Shown here piece by piece: positions 51,689 through 63,339 of a DNA stretch of 64,000 bases. The stretch comes from Octopus sinensis (taxonomy: Eukaryota). The translations under genes and the position numbers were made by a program. The notes under the pieces are model-generated. The model was not told the DNA's origin. It saw nothing but the letters and a program-made list of their open reading frames with translations, and did not search any database. Every line of letters begins with the position of its first letter. Positions within the stretch are counted from its first letter, which is position 1. Location: assembly GCF_006345805.1 (NCBI RefSeq), contig NW_021832840.1:1-64000 (forward strand), in the 5' to 3' direction.

Positions 51689-53101
51689 AAAAACACAAAC
51701 ATAAAATATCAAAATTACATGAGATATGTTCCAAAATAATTTCCATTTTGAGGCGCGAGATCGTATGACAGGGAAAGGACTGAGAATGCATTGGTCGATG
51801 TTTGAAACAGAAATACAAAATATTTACAAAATACAATATTAATTATAACAAAACAATTTTCAAAATTCATAAATAATTTTATAAAAAACACATAAACATA
51901 AAATATCAAAATTACCTGAGATATGTTCAAAAATAATTTCCTTTTTGAGGCGCGACATTTTATGGCAGGGAAAGGATGGACAGACTGACAAAATATTTAC
52001 AAAATACAATATTAATTATAACAAAACATTTTCAAAACAACAAAACAATTTTCAAAATAACAAAACAATTTTCAAAATAACAAAACAATTTTCAAAACAA
52101 CAAAACAATTTTCAAAATAACAAAACAATTTTCAAAACAACAAAACAATTTTCAAAATAACAAAACAATTTTCAAAACAACAAAACAATTTTCAAAATAA
52201 CAAAACAATTTTCAAAATAACAAAACAATTTTCAAAATAACAAAACAATTTTCAAAACGCGGTTGCGCTCGTTGTTGCGCTCGTTGGTTTCTATTAGTGT
52301 GTTTGGATCTTCTTAATTACACGCGGTTGCGCTCGTTGGTTTCTATTATTGTGATGCGTTGGCCACCAGAATCACCTAATCTAAGGATTTCCTTCAGATG
52401 TATGCATATGTCTGTTGTAACGGAGTCGGTTCTACTCCCCTTCCGAACATAACGGCGACGACTCAGACTTGTGCACATTCCCTGTTGGATCTTCAATGGA
52501 AAGGGTTTTCTGGAGACAATGATCTTCTTAATTAGTTCGGATTCTTGTTCTCTCATTTAAAAAAAAAAAAAAATTTTCAAAACAACAAAACAATTTTCAA
52601 AATAACAAAACATTTTCAAAACACAAAACAATTTTCAAAATAACAAAACATTTTCAAAACAACAAAACAATTTCAAAATAACAAAACAATTTTCAAAACA
52701 ACAAAACAATTTTCAAAATACAAAACAATTTTCAAAATAAAAAACAATTTTCAAAACAAAACAATTTCAAAATAACAAAACAATTTAAATAACAAAACAA
52801 TTTTCAAAATAACAAAACAATTTTCAAAACAACAAAACAATTTTCAAAATAACAAAACAATTTTCAAAACAAAACAATTTTCAAAACACAAAACAATTTT
52901 CAAAATAACAAAACATTTTCAAAACAACAAAACAATTTTCAAATACAAAACAATTTTCAAAACACAAAACAATTTTCAAAATAACAAAACAATTTTCAAA
53001 ACACCAAAACAATTTTCAAAATAACACACATTTCAAAACAACAAAACAATTTTCAAAAACAAAAATTTTCAAAACAACAAAACAATTTTCAAAATAACAA
53101 A
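51689..53101. repeat. ~196-bp duplication plus a 20-bp minisatellite (AACAAAACAATTTTCAAAAY), interrupted at about 52259-52560
   Basis: 12 near-perfect units at 52019-52258 and a more indel-rich array at about 52570-53101; C/T variant at the last base of the unit. Confidence 0.93.
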
Positions 53102-53109
53102 AATATCAT

Positions 53110-53963
53110 AGCACAGATCGTAGATGATTCCATTCGAAACCTTATGGTTGAACGGATAATTTTATGCTTCTCATTTCCGATGCTGCACGGTATATGACAT
53201 CCGGTATTGTTTTAATTAATTGATGATTTAGCCGGGAAAATTTTAAAAATTTATATCCCAATCTTTTTCATGTTAATTGCGTCACCCATATTTTGCATAA
53301 TTGTTCAATGGAGGTCAGAAAATCTTATCCAAAGTTGATGATGTGATAGCTAGCGTGCAAGCTTCTGTCAGGAAGAACTACAAGCGAAAATTGTTGTTTT
53401 ACGAAATTGGAATTCCTCCGAAAGTTGTGTTGACGAGATGGGGCACCTGGTTATAGGCTGCATCTTTTTATTCAAGAATTTAATCTCAGTGATTAACATT
53501 TTTGATTTGATTGAGGACGAAGGAATACTAGTGACTGCCACCAAAAATGCATTGAAAAGTGAAAAACTAGTAAAAAGCTTATGTGCAATTTCGCATAACT
53601 ATTCACATATTCCAGGTTTTTCATATAGTAATTAATCTCATAGAGAAAATATTACAACTTGAAAGTAACGAATGTACAATAGAATTTGCATATTCGGCGT
53701 TAAGTACACTTGACTTCGGGAAGGATGAAGCAGGGATCAAAAAATATTAAGAGAAGAGAATTTTAGAGAGCGATATGACTAAAATTATTAATATGGATAA
53801 TAAAAATATCTCTCCGGAAGATTATTCGTTACTTCAAAACTGTCAACCATCCTCGGCATCTATTGAACGATGCTTTTCGCAATTTAGGAGTTTTATGAGG
53901 TTAAACAGAAACTTTGCTACACAAAATTTGGAAAGTTATGTTATGTCCATTTTCAATAAATAG
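53110..53963 (+). mobile_element. Degenerate hAT-like transposase
   Basis: ISDAARYM, FHVNCVTHILHNC (CxxH), PPKVVLTRWGTW, SSASIERCFS. Confidence 0.7.
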
Positions 53964-54486
53964 TCTTTAAAGTATTTTATTGTTTCTTATTTTTAAGGTT
54001 AAATTTTTCAATTTTTAAGGTTAAAAAATTCAAAATTCACAATATAATGCTAATTTGAGCTGATACATAATTTTATACAAAACACACAAACATAAAATAT
54101 CAAAATTACTATGAACTAAAACAATCTTCACAGTGTAATATTGAAAATATAAATTGAATAAAAAAGGATGACAAATAAAATAACAGTTTTGAGAAATTTT
54201 AAAATATGTAAAAAAACAGATTATAGGAATAAACTCTAAATATATCACGAAATGATGAATTTTCAGATAATTTAATCATTAAATGAAATTACATCACAAA
54301 TTATTCCTTGTGAATCCATTTACATAAAAAATAAAGTGCGACTAAATAATAGGACAATTCCAACAAAAAGCACTGGGCACGTGTAATCAAATAATAATTT
54401 AAAATATAAAATTATATTAAAATTTATATAAGAATATATTTATAATTTATAAATAAGTTCATTTAATCCTTCATACTCTTTGATAC

Positions 54487-55026
54487 CCAAATTTGCGGGT
54501 GACGTCTGGTCCATCCGTAGGACATGTCCGAACAGTCTCCATCGGGCTTCCATCACATCCAGAATCACAGGTTGCACTGAGCATTTACGGTAAAGTGCCC
54601 CGTTGTTGATCCGGGTCGACCATTGTACCCCACATAATATACGCAGTTGTCTTTGGTGGAAGGAGTTAAGGTTTTTAATTTCGGAAGCAGAGATCCCCCA
54701 ACAGGAGGAGTTGTATAGCAAGACCGGTTTCACAAATGCATTGTAGAGGCGCAAACGAAGCGCAATCGTTACCGGCCTGTTAGCCACCCAATCCTTCACC
54801 CGCAAATTTGGCTATGGAAGAATATTTTGCCGCTAGTGGAAAAAAATTTTGGGGACGCCCGCGCATTACTCTACCGGAGGTGCTGGATGCTGACCTCAAA
54901 TCAATCAACCGCAAGCTTAAAAATGGGATGATCTGGACGCAATGAGAAACTTAGCATGCAACAGGGGAGGTTGGACAAGGATTATCAAGAAAATCGTTTC
55001 AAGTGCCGCACGTGTGGAAATATAAC
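54487..55026. mobile_element. RTE-clade insertion with 5' inversion
   Basis: 54487-54795 encodes RTE (..WRLFGHVLRMDQTSPANL) on the - strand; 54796-55026 continues PANLAMEEYF..GRPRITL on the + strand. Confidence 0.85.
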
Positions 55027-55031
55027 TATTA

Positions 55032-55793
55032 TGTCGCGACCCACGCTGGCGACCATCCCACGCTGGCGACCTGAGCGACCTTCATTGTTGACAAGATTGA
55101 CAGGTGGAATTTATTCACCACTTCTTCAATTAAATTTCAAGTCTTACCAGAAGCAGTTTTATTTTTTAAAGATTTGCAGACAACAAATTTGCTGTAGATG
55201 TCAATAATTGTCAGTATCCAATTAGATCCATCGTTAAAATCTTTATATCTTCTAACAACAATAAGATCCGCCTGAAATCTTTCATTGGGTTTTCCTGCAG
55301 TTACATGGTAATTAGAATCCGACACCTAGGTATTTTTTTTAAATACTTTCAATGGTAGGACAAATTTACAAATTTCGCAGTCTTTTATAATTTGTTCGAT
55401 GATTGGACGTTTTACAGTGAAATAGAATTCACTGCACTTTTTCTGAAGCTTTCGTATTCCCCATTGGGATTCTTGTTAATGGCGAATGCTAGTGTCCTCA
55501 TCTCCATTTCATTGTCCAGACAAATGACCAATTTGTGTTTTTGGTTATTCTCGTCCTTTAGATAAAGACTATGAGTTAGGAGTCGCAAATATACCGATCA
55601 TTAATAATGATTAATTGAGTCGCTTTTTTCATGCTAACATCTTTTGAGAGAAACCATTTTTTTTTGTAAAATGACGCTAAACCATTTCTTAAAATGAATT
55701 TTTTCCGGTTTGAATCACCTGTCAAACTGAAGGTCATAACCTGTCAAACTGATGGTCGCCAGCGTGGGATGGTCGCCAGCGTGGGTCGCGACA
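55032..55793 (-). mobile_element. Internally deleted Ginger/TDD-like DNA transposon
   Basis: Perfect 40-bp TIRs TGTCGCGACCCACGCTGGCGACCATCCCACGCTGGCGACC; 5-bp TSD TATTA (55027-55031, 55794-55798); integrase remnants CEIC, ERFQADLI, LTIIDIYSKF. Confidence 0.9.
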
Positions 55794-55869
55794 TATTATG
55801 TTTCTACGGCAGTTGCCGATAATAATAATACTCTTTGATGCAAATTAGTTATGTTCATTGGGATTTAAG

Positions 55870-56160
55870 TAGGGGTGTCTAACTCATTTCGCTTCAAAGG
55901 CCGCACTGTAAAAGAATTTCCTTTAAGGGGCTGCATTTATAATAATTTTTCACACAGGAAAGATTATTTATTTTATTGGAAAATAAAAAATAAGGAAATC
56001 TAAATTTCTAAAGTTTTTAATTTTTTTAGGAAGATGAGTAAAGAAAGCAGGTATTCTAACCCCCAACAAATTTTGAATCCAATATTCGATTTGTATCTTG
56101 TTTGTGTTTTGGTCTTTCATTTCCACATAAGGCTCGCGGGCCGCATGTTTGATATCCCTG
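55870..56160. mobile_element. hAT-type MITE
   Basis: (T)AGGGGTGTCTAAC ... GTTTGATATCCCTG ends, subterminal GGGCCGCA, degenerate TSD GATTTAAG/GATTAGAG. Confidence 0.65.
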
Positions 56161-56239
56161 GATTAGAGGATTTTATCATATAAAATATGCAGTTCTAGTT
56201 TCTTCTTTTATTATGGTAGCTTCAGACTTCCCTCTCAGA

Positions 56240-56612
56240 TATAAAAAAATTGCCAAATACGCAAATCTTGGACAACGGTATCGTTTCATCCCTATCGTTG
56301 TGGAGACATCCTGGTGATTCCACTTTCTTTTCCAGCGAAGAACTGGTCTCAAGGTGCCCTCATTGTAAAGCGGCGAAGAAAACAGTGGATCATCTGGCCA
56401 CTAGATGTGAACGTATGCTGTATCTTGACTACACGAGACGTCATAATGAAGTTGTGCGCTGTTTGCATCTCCATTTTTGTCGTCTTTATGGATTGAAGAA
56501 TCAGAAAAGGTTGAAGACACACTCGATGCAGGAGGTAATATCGAATGAAAGAGTTGAGATACGGGTGGACACTCGAATCGAGACTGATTTTACCGTTCGG
56601 TATAACAAGCCC
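56240..56612 (+). mobile_element. Adjacent CRE crumb (about 56240-56312) and R4-like CCHC/RLE fragment
   Basis: KYANLGQRYRFIPIVVETS, then CPHCKAAKKTVDHLATRC..RRHNEVVRCLHL..YNKP. Confidence 0.8.
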
Positions 56613-56900
56613 CAGTGGCTGAAGACTATGAATTTTGGAATTCAAACGTCGTGGGTTCAAATCCGATGGAACCAAGTTTTCAGCCGGGGTCAAATCTTGT
56701 CAACGTTTCCCACCCGTGAGGCGACGAGTCCATCTGGCACGACACAGATGTCGAAAGGGGACCTCCTACCTTCCCCTGATCACATTACCGATGAAGAATC
56801 TCCATTATGCGAAAAACCCGTCCGGATTCAAATGAAGTGCGGTGAGCTACGGTAGGAGGCTGACAAATGGGAACTGGGCATACCAGAAATTCCCCACCTC
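56610..56900 (+). other. Candidate tRNA-derived SINE head plus structured GC-rich body
   Basis: CCCAGTGGCTGAAG (A-box-like), TGAAT/ATTCA stem, GGTTCAAATCC (B box); inverted pair CCTCCTACC/GGTAGGAGG downstream. Confidence 0.4.
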
Positions 56901-56949
56901 TCTTTGGAGACGGATGGCTGTAATGAAGATTTGGAGGCTAATGTTGATC

Positions 56950-58070
56950 GGCACAAGCAATCCCTTCGTTCCTTGCTCCTTCATTTGATTAGTTAGTTGT
57001 GACTGTTTGTGCTGGGTTTGCCATGTTGTGCAAGCATTTCCATAAATACACGAATAATTCAGGAGGGAAATCTCTAAAATTAGCTTCTTGAATACTATTC
57101 CATGGCATTGAATTTGTTCTTTTTTTAAATATTGTGCAATCTCACATGGATCTTCCCCAAAGTCGATAGAATTAATACTTTGAATAGCATCTTTAACAGT
57201 ATAAAAAGTATCTTCACATTTCTTTATTCATTCGCTTAGACAGTTGTAAAATGCTATGTTTGCTAGGTTCCGCTCCAGTGAATCAAAATTTATCGCCTTC
57301 TTTGCATTCAAAACAATTTTTTCCATTATTCGATAACGAGGAAACTATCTTTCGGATTTTGTTCAAATTTTTTGAATAATATGTTCCAGCATTAAGCCAG
57401 CTGCCCCATCTTGTGACAACAACATCTGGAGGTAGACCAAATTCAGAAAAAATGCTTTTGACGACTTTTATTTTTAAGCGTCACGATCTTCATCGATGAT
57501 ATTAAGAAATCGATGGCTTGATACTGAGAACGCACTTTTAGTGCCCAATTATGAAGTAAATGAGCAAAACAAGTAATGTGAATCATATTCGGATAAAATA
57601 TACGTATGCTAGTTGCGGCTGAGATCATCTACGGTGCAGCATCAGTTAACAACAAAACAAAGTTTTTTCTCTCAACTTGTTAATTTCGTAAGCAATCATC
57701 AATTGTTTGACAAATTGAACTTGCATTACACGTCTCAACACAAATACAGTCAATTAAATAAATATTGGTTGGGTTGTCAATCTTCCCTGCAATAATGTTC
57801 ACATATTTTAGTTTTTCAACCTGTTTCACAGAAATAGTGGAAACAAGATTTTGGAATGTGTCTCACTAGGCAGTTAAAATCCCAAAATTTCAAAAAAAGT
57901 TTGAAAATGGACACCCCTTAATTTGAACATCGGAATATTTGTTTTTGTCATCATTTCGACCAAACTGATTGCGAAAGATTCTTCGGAAACCACATCTTTA
58001 GAAATCAACTTCATTTAGACATTAAATTTTCCTGATTCTAATCTCTTTTTGTGTATCAACGTTTGGCGAT
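56950..58070 (-). mobile_element. Degenerate hAT-like transposase, same type as 53110-53963
   Basis: TDAAP-like motif and IHITCFAHLLHNW (CxxH). Confidence 0.65.
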
Positions 58071-58199
58071 GTGTTCAATGTTGAAACTTTTTCCACATTT
58101 AACAGGAACACAACATTTTAAATAATAAAGTCTCCTGTGATCATCCTATTAGAATTCGCTAGGAAATTTGTTAATTATAAATGCAGAACTAAATGATGA

Positions 58200-58777
58200 G
58201 TCAAATTCAAATTATTTTGAGAATGACGATAAAAATACTGAGAAACAAGTACATGAAAACCTTGTTAAAGCTGGAGAGAAAATGAAAAAACGTTGTAAGT
58301 AGAAATATGACGCCGAAGACATTTAAATTGGAGATACAGTGCTGTTGAAAGACGACAGGGATGATAACCTGGTAGCCGTAGATACCCATTATATGACGAA
58401 CTAAATATAAATAAGTACAGTTTCAGAAAAATTTGAAACTACGTGTACTATTATTAAAGATAATGGAGAAACAGCATCAAACGTGCATCTAAGTAGATTG
58501 AAAAAGATTTGATGAAAATTTTGATTTTTTTCAAATGAATTAATTCTTATTTTTTGTTGACTCCCATTAAATAAATTAAATTTTATTTATTTTAAAAATG
58601 TAAAGCTTCAAATGAATTATGTGTGATTTATGTAGCACGCAGAAATATAAAAACTAATAAAAAAGAAGAAAATCAAGTTAATTATATTTTTAGATGATTT
58701 TTAGATTATATTTATATTTTTTGTTAATTTTTTCGATGGTGGGTTATCCAACCCGGTGGGCTATAAAACCGGTGACA
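58200..58777 (+). mobile_element. Ginger-like 3' end
   Basis: IGDTVLLK..VHLSRLKKI integrase C-terminus; terminus ..AACCGGTGACA with tandem CCGGTGGG(T/C)TAT repeats, followed by TATTA. Confidence 0.65.
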
Positions 58778-58786
58778 TATTATATA

Positions 58787-59723
58787 CAGTCAAACCCCGG
58801 TTACTCGCCACCCCACTTACTCGCCACCTCAGTTAGTCGCCACTTTTTTGACGAAATATCAATTTTTATAAGAAGAATTCAGTTACTCGCCAGTTTCAGT
58901 TACTCGCCACTATTTTCTAAAAATAAATAAAAGCGAAATAGCCTCTATTAATCTAATTTTTTGGGGAAAAAGTCGTTTATCTTGCGGAAAATTCCCTGCA
59001 CTAGAATCGGAAGTTGTATCTTGGCTCGAGAAAATAGAATTGGCTGGAGGATTTCTTGATGACAATGCAATTTTATTAAAAGCAAAAAGTATTACAAGAT
59101 TACATGAAATAACTGATTTTATGGGAAACAATGGATGGCTTTCCAGATTCAAACAGAGAAACAATTTAAAATTAAGATTATTCCATGGAGAATCTGGCTC
59201 AATAACTGAAAATCTAAATCAGCAAATTGAAAATTTTCAAATAATTTTATCTACGAAATTACAACAATATGATCTTGAAAATGTTTACAATGGTGACGAA
59301 ACTGGTGTTTTTTTATAAAAATGTTCCTTCAAAAAGCATTTGCTCAAAAACTCGACTTGGAAATAAAATCCTTAAAGATCGGTTGAAACTTTAATAATCA
59401 TGCTTGAGAAAGATGCTTTAAAAACATTAAAATTGAGAAATATTTAAAATACTGTCATTCCTCAAAAGCATGGATGACTAAAAAAATTCTTAATTAATGG
59501 CTTTATCATTGGGATATTGAATTAAAAAAAAAAGAAAAATTCTTTTAATTATTGACCTATGCCTGAAATAATGATATTTTTATTATTTACTTTAATTATT
59601 TTTAATTTTGTGAATATAAAATTTAATTAAAATTTGATATTGATTATTCAGTTACAAGCCAAATTCAGTTACTCGCCATTTTTTGCTTGGTCCCAAATTT
59701 GGCGAGTAAACGGGGTTTGACTG
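58787..59723 (+). mobile_element. Internally deleted pogo/Tigger transposon
   Basis: TA-flanked TIRs CAGTCAAACCCCG(G/T)TTACTCGCCA; CENP-B-type HTH (GNNGWLSRFKQRNNL) and YNGDETG. Confidence 0.9.
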
Positions 59724-59933
59724 TATTTTCTTTTTATTTGATTTTTTAGGTTTAGCCATCACAACAAATATATTTAAGCGTGCGTAATTATTAATTTATA
59801 AATTTAAACATATGACTTTATGAAAAAAACATGACATTAATGACCTATAAGACTACATCGAAAGTAAATAAAAATATAATTTGTTTATGATTTTTAGTAA
59901 TAAGGTGAATCAATTTATGATAATTATGTATAT

Positions 59934-61035
59934 TTAATTAGCAGCAGAGGATAGGATGGAATGGCAATTCCCACGCAAGATGGCTATTGATATGCGTTGG
60001 AAAAGCCATGTCCGTTCCCGATGATCATTTCTTCTTCTGCTTGCCAAATCCCCCAGTTTAATAAGGAATTTTTTAGTTCTGGGGCCGAGGACTCCCGATG
60101 TCTCCACTGCGATCGGGGCAAAGATGTGGCGGTGAGATAATGCACTGTATTTCTTGATTTTTAGCGTTTCGGCCAGGTTGGCTGCGGAGCCCGGCTCTGA
60201 AGCCGACGACAAGATGTTCCCGGCGGAGAAGGTATCCGTGTAAGTGGCGTCCCAGATGAGAGACTTGCCGTTTTCAAATGGGAAGGTCGTTAGACCATCA
60301 GGACGTTTACCATCCTCCCGAGCCAGCCCGACCGGTTCCAGCTGTGAAGGGAATCCGGCAGTTCCCAGGGTCCGCTTGACTATGTCGTTCAGAGCCGTAT
60401 GTCGAGGGAAGCGTCCGGAACTTCTTTGGCACGATAACGGGTGCAATCCGAAGGGGTCAACGGTCGATCCACAGCGACACCGGTGTTCCCGGCATACGTT
60501 CAGACCTAGGCGCAGTGATATGCCGATCCTCAGGCAATCATCGTCCAATAAGGTTCCAATAGAACCCATTGGGATAGCGGTCAACCAAGCCCCCGAATAT
60601 GGTTGTGAGGCAGCCAGTAAGCAAGCCAAGCGATGTTGGTTAAGCTTGGGCTTGTTTAGCTTCTGGTCGCAGAGGATCCTGTCCCATTCGGCCTGTGCGT
60701 GCGGATTCTGAGGAAGCTCAAGAGACAACCCAAGCGAGCGGCTTTTTGCGGCGACTGACTCTGTTTCCAAAGAGGATTCGGAAAAGGGTTGGAGAATCTC
60801 TTGGACAAGGGTGCTCGTGGCATGTGTGGAGGAAAGGAATGCTGGCAAAGAAAGGTCAGTGGCTGAGCGCACACCGATGCCGCCATGACTGATAGGGAGT
60901 ATTGCCTGTTCCCAGCCAAGATCGTCGAATGGTGCATTACATATTGATTCGAGGCAAGTCCTAAGGGCATGGTCGAATCTGGAAAGACTCTCGGGATTGG
61001 CAAAGCATGGTGCGCTTCTGAGGGTAAACAGTAGT
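59934..61035 (-). mobile_element. CRE-like 3' half (RT thumb, zinc finger, RLE)
   Basis: ORF 59934-60872: CRCG..H..SC, RHTALN, GKRPDG, IWD, ISIAILRGN; close relative of 37300-38283. Confidence 0.9.
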
Positions 61036-61129
61036 TGTTTATTAAATTAAAAAAACAATTCTTTTTTGATATGACTTTAATGACTTTTGGTTGCCCTAGT
61101 TATAACGGTAGACAGCATTTTCTAACTTA

Positions 61130-61960
61130 TCAACCCACTTTTTTAATGTTATCCACCATTTTTAACAACTTCCTGGTTATCGTTTAATTAAATCTTTAGA
61201 CAATTCCTTGAGCCCGAGGATTAATAGGCCTTCCGTGGATTTGTTAAAATCAACGCATAGTTGTATTATTTCTTGATTTTTAATTCCGACCCATTGTCGA
61301 TTGAGGAAGTTTGCACGGTCCATTTAGGCGAAACAAAAATCTTAAGTTTTTACACACTTCTTTACCAGACTTATAGAGTGGTCTTGCAAATGCAAATCTA
61401 TACAAAAAATTAAAAAACCAACCTACAATAAATGTCAACGACCGTTAAAATTCATTTTAAATTGTCGTTTAGTGTTGAAAATCTTTTCAGATCTATTATA
61501 TATCTATTTAGAAGCGTTCATTTGGACATGAAACGAGCACATAGTGATTTATATCTCAAATCTACAATTGAAAAAAAATCTCAAACTTTTAAAGAACGCA
61601 AAAATTTGCAAACTTCACAATTTCGAATGACTTTTCTGATAATCTCATTCTTGACAGTGGAATATCTTGTCACCTATTCAATTTTATTTACTCCTCCGTG
61701 AGAAATAATGATTTCGCCACAAACTCCATTCCGTTTTCATTGTCGAGGATAAGATAAAGTCTGTAAATTTATTGCAAATTTACAATACTTGCCATTGATA
61801 ATGACGAAATTCTCCATCTTCTTAAATTTGTTATGTAAAGCATCTTTTAAAATTTGACATTCAACGGATTCTTTTACAAAACCCTTGTAAGAAGCCATTG
61901 CAACAAAACAATCTTTAAATTAATGTTTGCCTTATAAAAAAATAAAATCTTTATAATCAA
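61130..61960 (-). mobile_element. Ginger-like integrase remnant
   Basis: HGGVNKIE..CEVCK finger and DNGSE..PRAQG..RFN core, heavily eroded. Confidence 0.6.
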
Positions 61961-62289
61961 CATTTATAAATAAAAACTAATCTAATAGATCACGATAAAA
62001 ATCAGATATACAAAATTTAATGTCGAATAATCAAGACATTTGCAAGGTCAAAAAATGTAACAGGCTGCCCATGCGTAGCGCGCCGCTCATTTAGCTAGGC
62101 TAGAAAAATTTTCCAGAAATTTATTTTGCAAAGCATCTTTAGAAATTCGATACTCTGAAGAATTTTTTACATACCTATAGACAGCAATTAAAAGAAAGTA
62201 AAAAAAAAAAACTTTATGTTTACCAAAATTAAAAAATAATTTTTTAAGTAATTGAATACATAAATATATTTTTATTTTTTTTAAAATAA

Positions 62290-63240
62290 AAGGAGGGATC
62301 GGCTTGATCACCCCGGCAGATTCAGCGCACGGCGCATATTTTTCCTCAGTACTCTCGTCCAGAGATATGATCGACACTGTTCTTTCTCAAATAAACGAAC
62401 AGAGGAAATCATTTGCTGTGGATGATTGCGTCGCCGTATGGGAAAAGCTGGGATTGCCATTGCCATCTGATGTGACCTGCCAATCGGAGTGGACGTCGAA
62501 AGTCCACGCCAATACGTTTTCATGCCTAAAGGAAACCATGGACCAGAGAAGGTTGGCTTGTTTACAAGCGGGCAGCCAGCCCCTAAGCGGCGCGTGGCTA
62601 AACTGTTACCCTTGTAATACAACTGGCTGCCTTCTTAATGATGAAGCCGTAAGAATTGGAGTTTGTCTGCGCCTCGGTCTACGCGTCTATGAAAAACACC
62701 AATGCCGGTGCGGCATGTAAACTGACGAGTTTGGATATCACTCCCTCTCATGTCGAAACGGAATTGGACGTTCCTCACGGCATTCCGAACTGAACCAGAT
62801 CATCTGTCGATCTCTTCGAACTGCTGGATTCCACACACATTGGAACCTGCAGGGATTTTCGTAGAGGACGGCAGAAGACCCGATGGGATGACCACATTTC
62901 CATTCCAGAGGGGAAAGTGTCTGGTTTGGGACGTCACGTGTGTGAACTCCTTTTCCAATCAGAACATCAAATTATGCATCGAGAATCCTGGAGCCCCGTC
63001 TGAACGGGCAGAGAAGAGAAAAGCTGAGAAATACGCTGGAATTGGGAATGGGAGAGTGTTTGTCCCCCTGGCTGTTGAGACGTCAGGAATACAGGGGCCT
63101 TCTACTCGGACCCTACTCCAGCGCATTGCCTCATTAATCGGAAGGGTTACCGGCGATCCGTGTGAGCACCGGTATTTAATCGAAAGAATATCTATAGCAA
63201 TAGTCAGAGGCAATACTCTGGCTATCTGCCAATGACTATT
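62290..63240 (+). mobile_element. CRE-like 3' half (another subfamily)
   Basis: SGAWLNCYP, CRCG, GRRPDGMTT..VWDVTC, ISIAIVRGN. Confidence 0.88.
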
Positions 63241-63339
63241 TCTCTTTTGGTTTACATAAATAAAATATCACAAATAAAAGCACTCAATTTGTCAAAAAAA
63301 CATTTAAAACTTGCAGACAATAGAGAAGTTAACTAATTT

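Noticed and set aside
51945-52160. 71-aa ORF
   Set aside because: Translation of the 20-bp minisatellite.
56780-56815. Hammerhead ribozyme (CCGATGAAGA...GCGAAA)
   Set aside because: The core is not CUGANGA and helix II cannot be formed.
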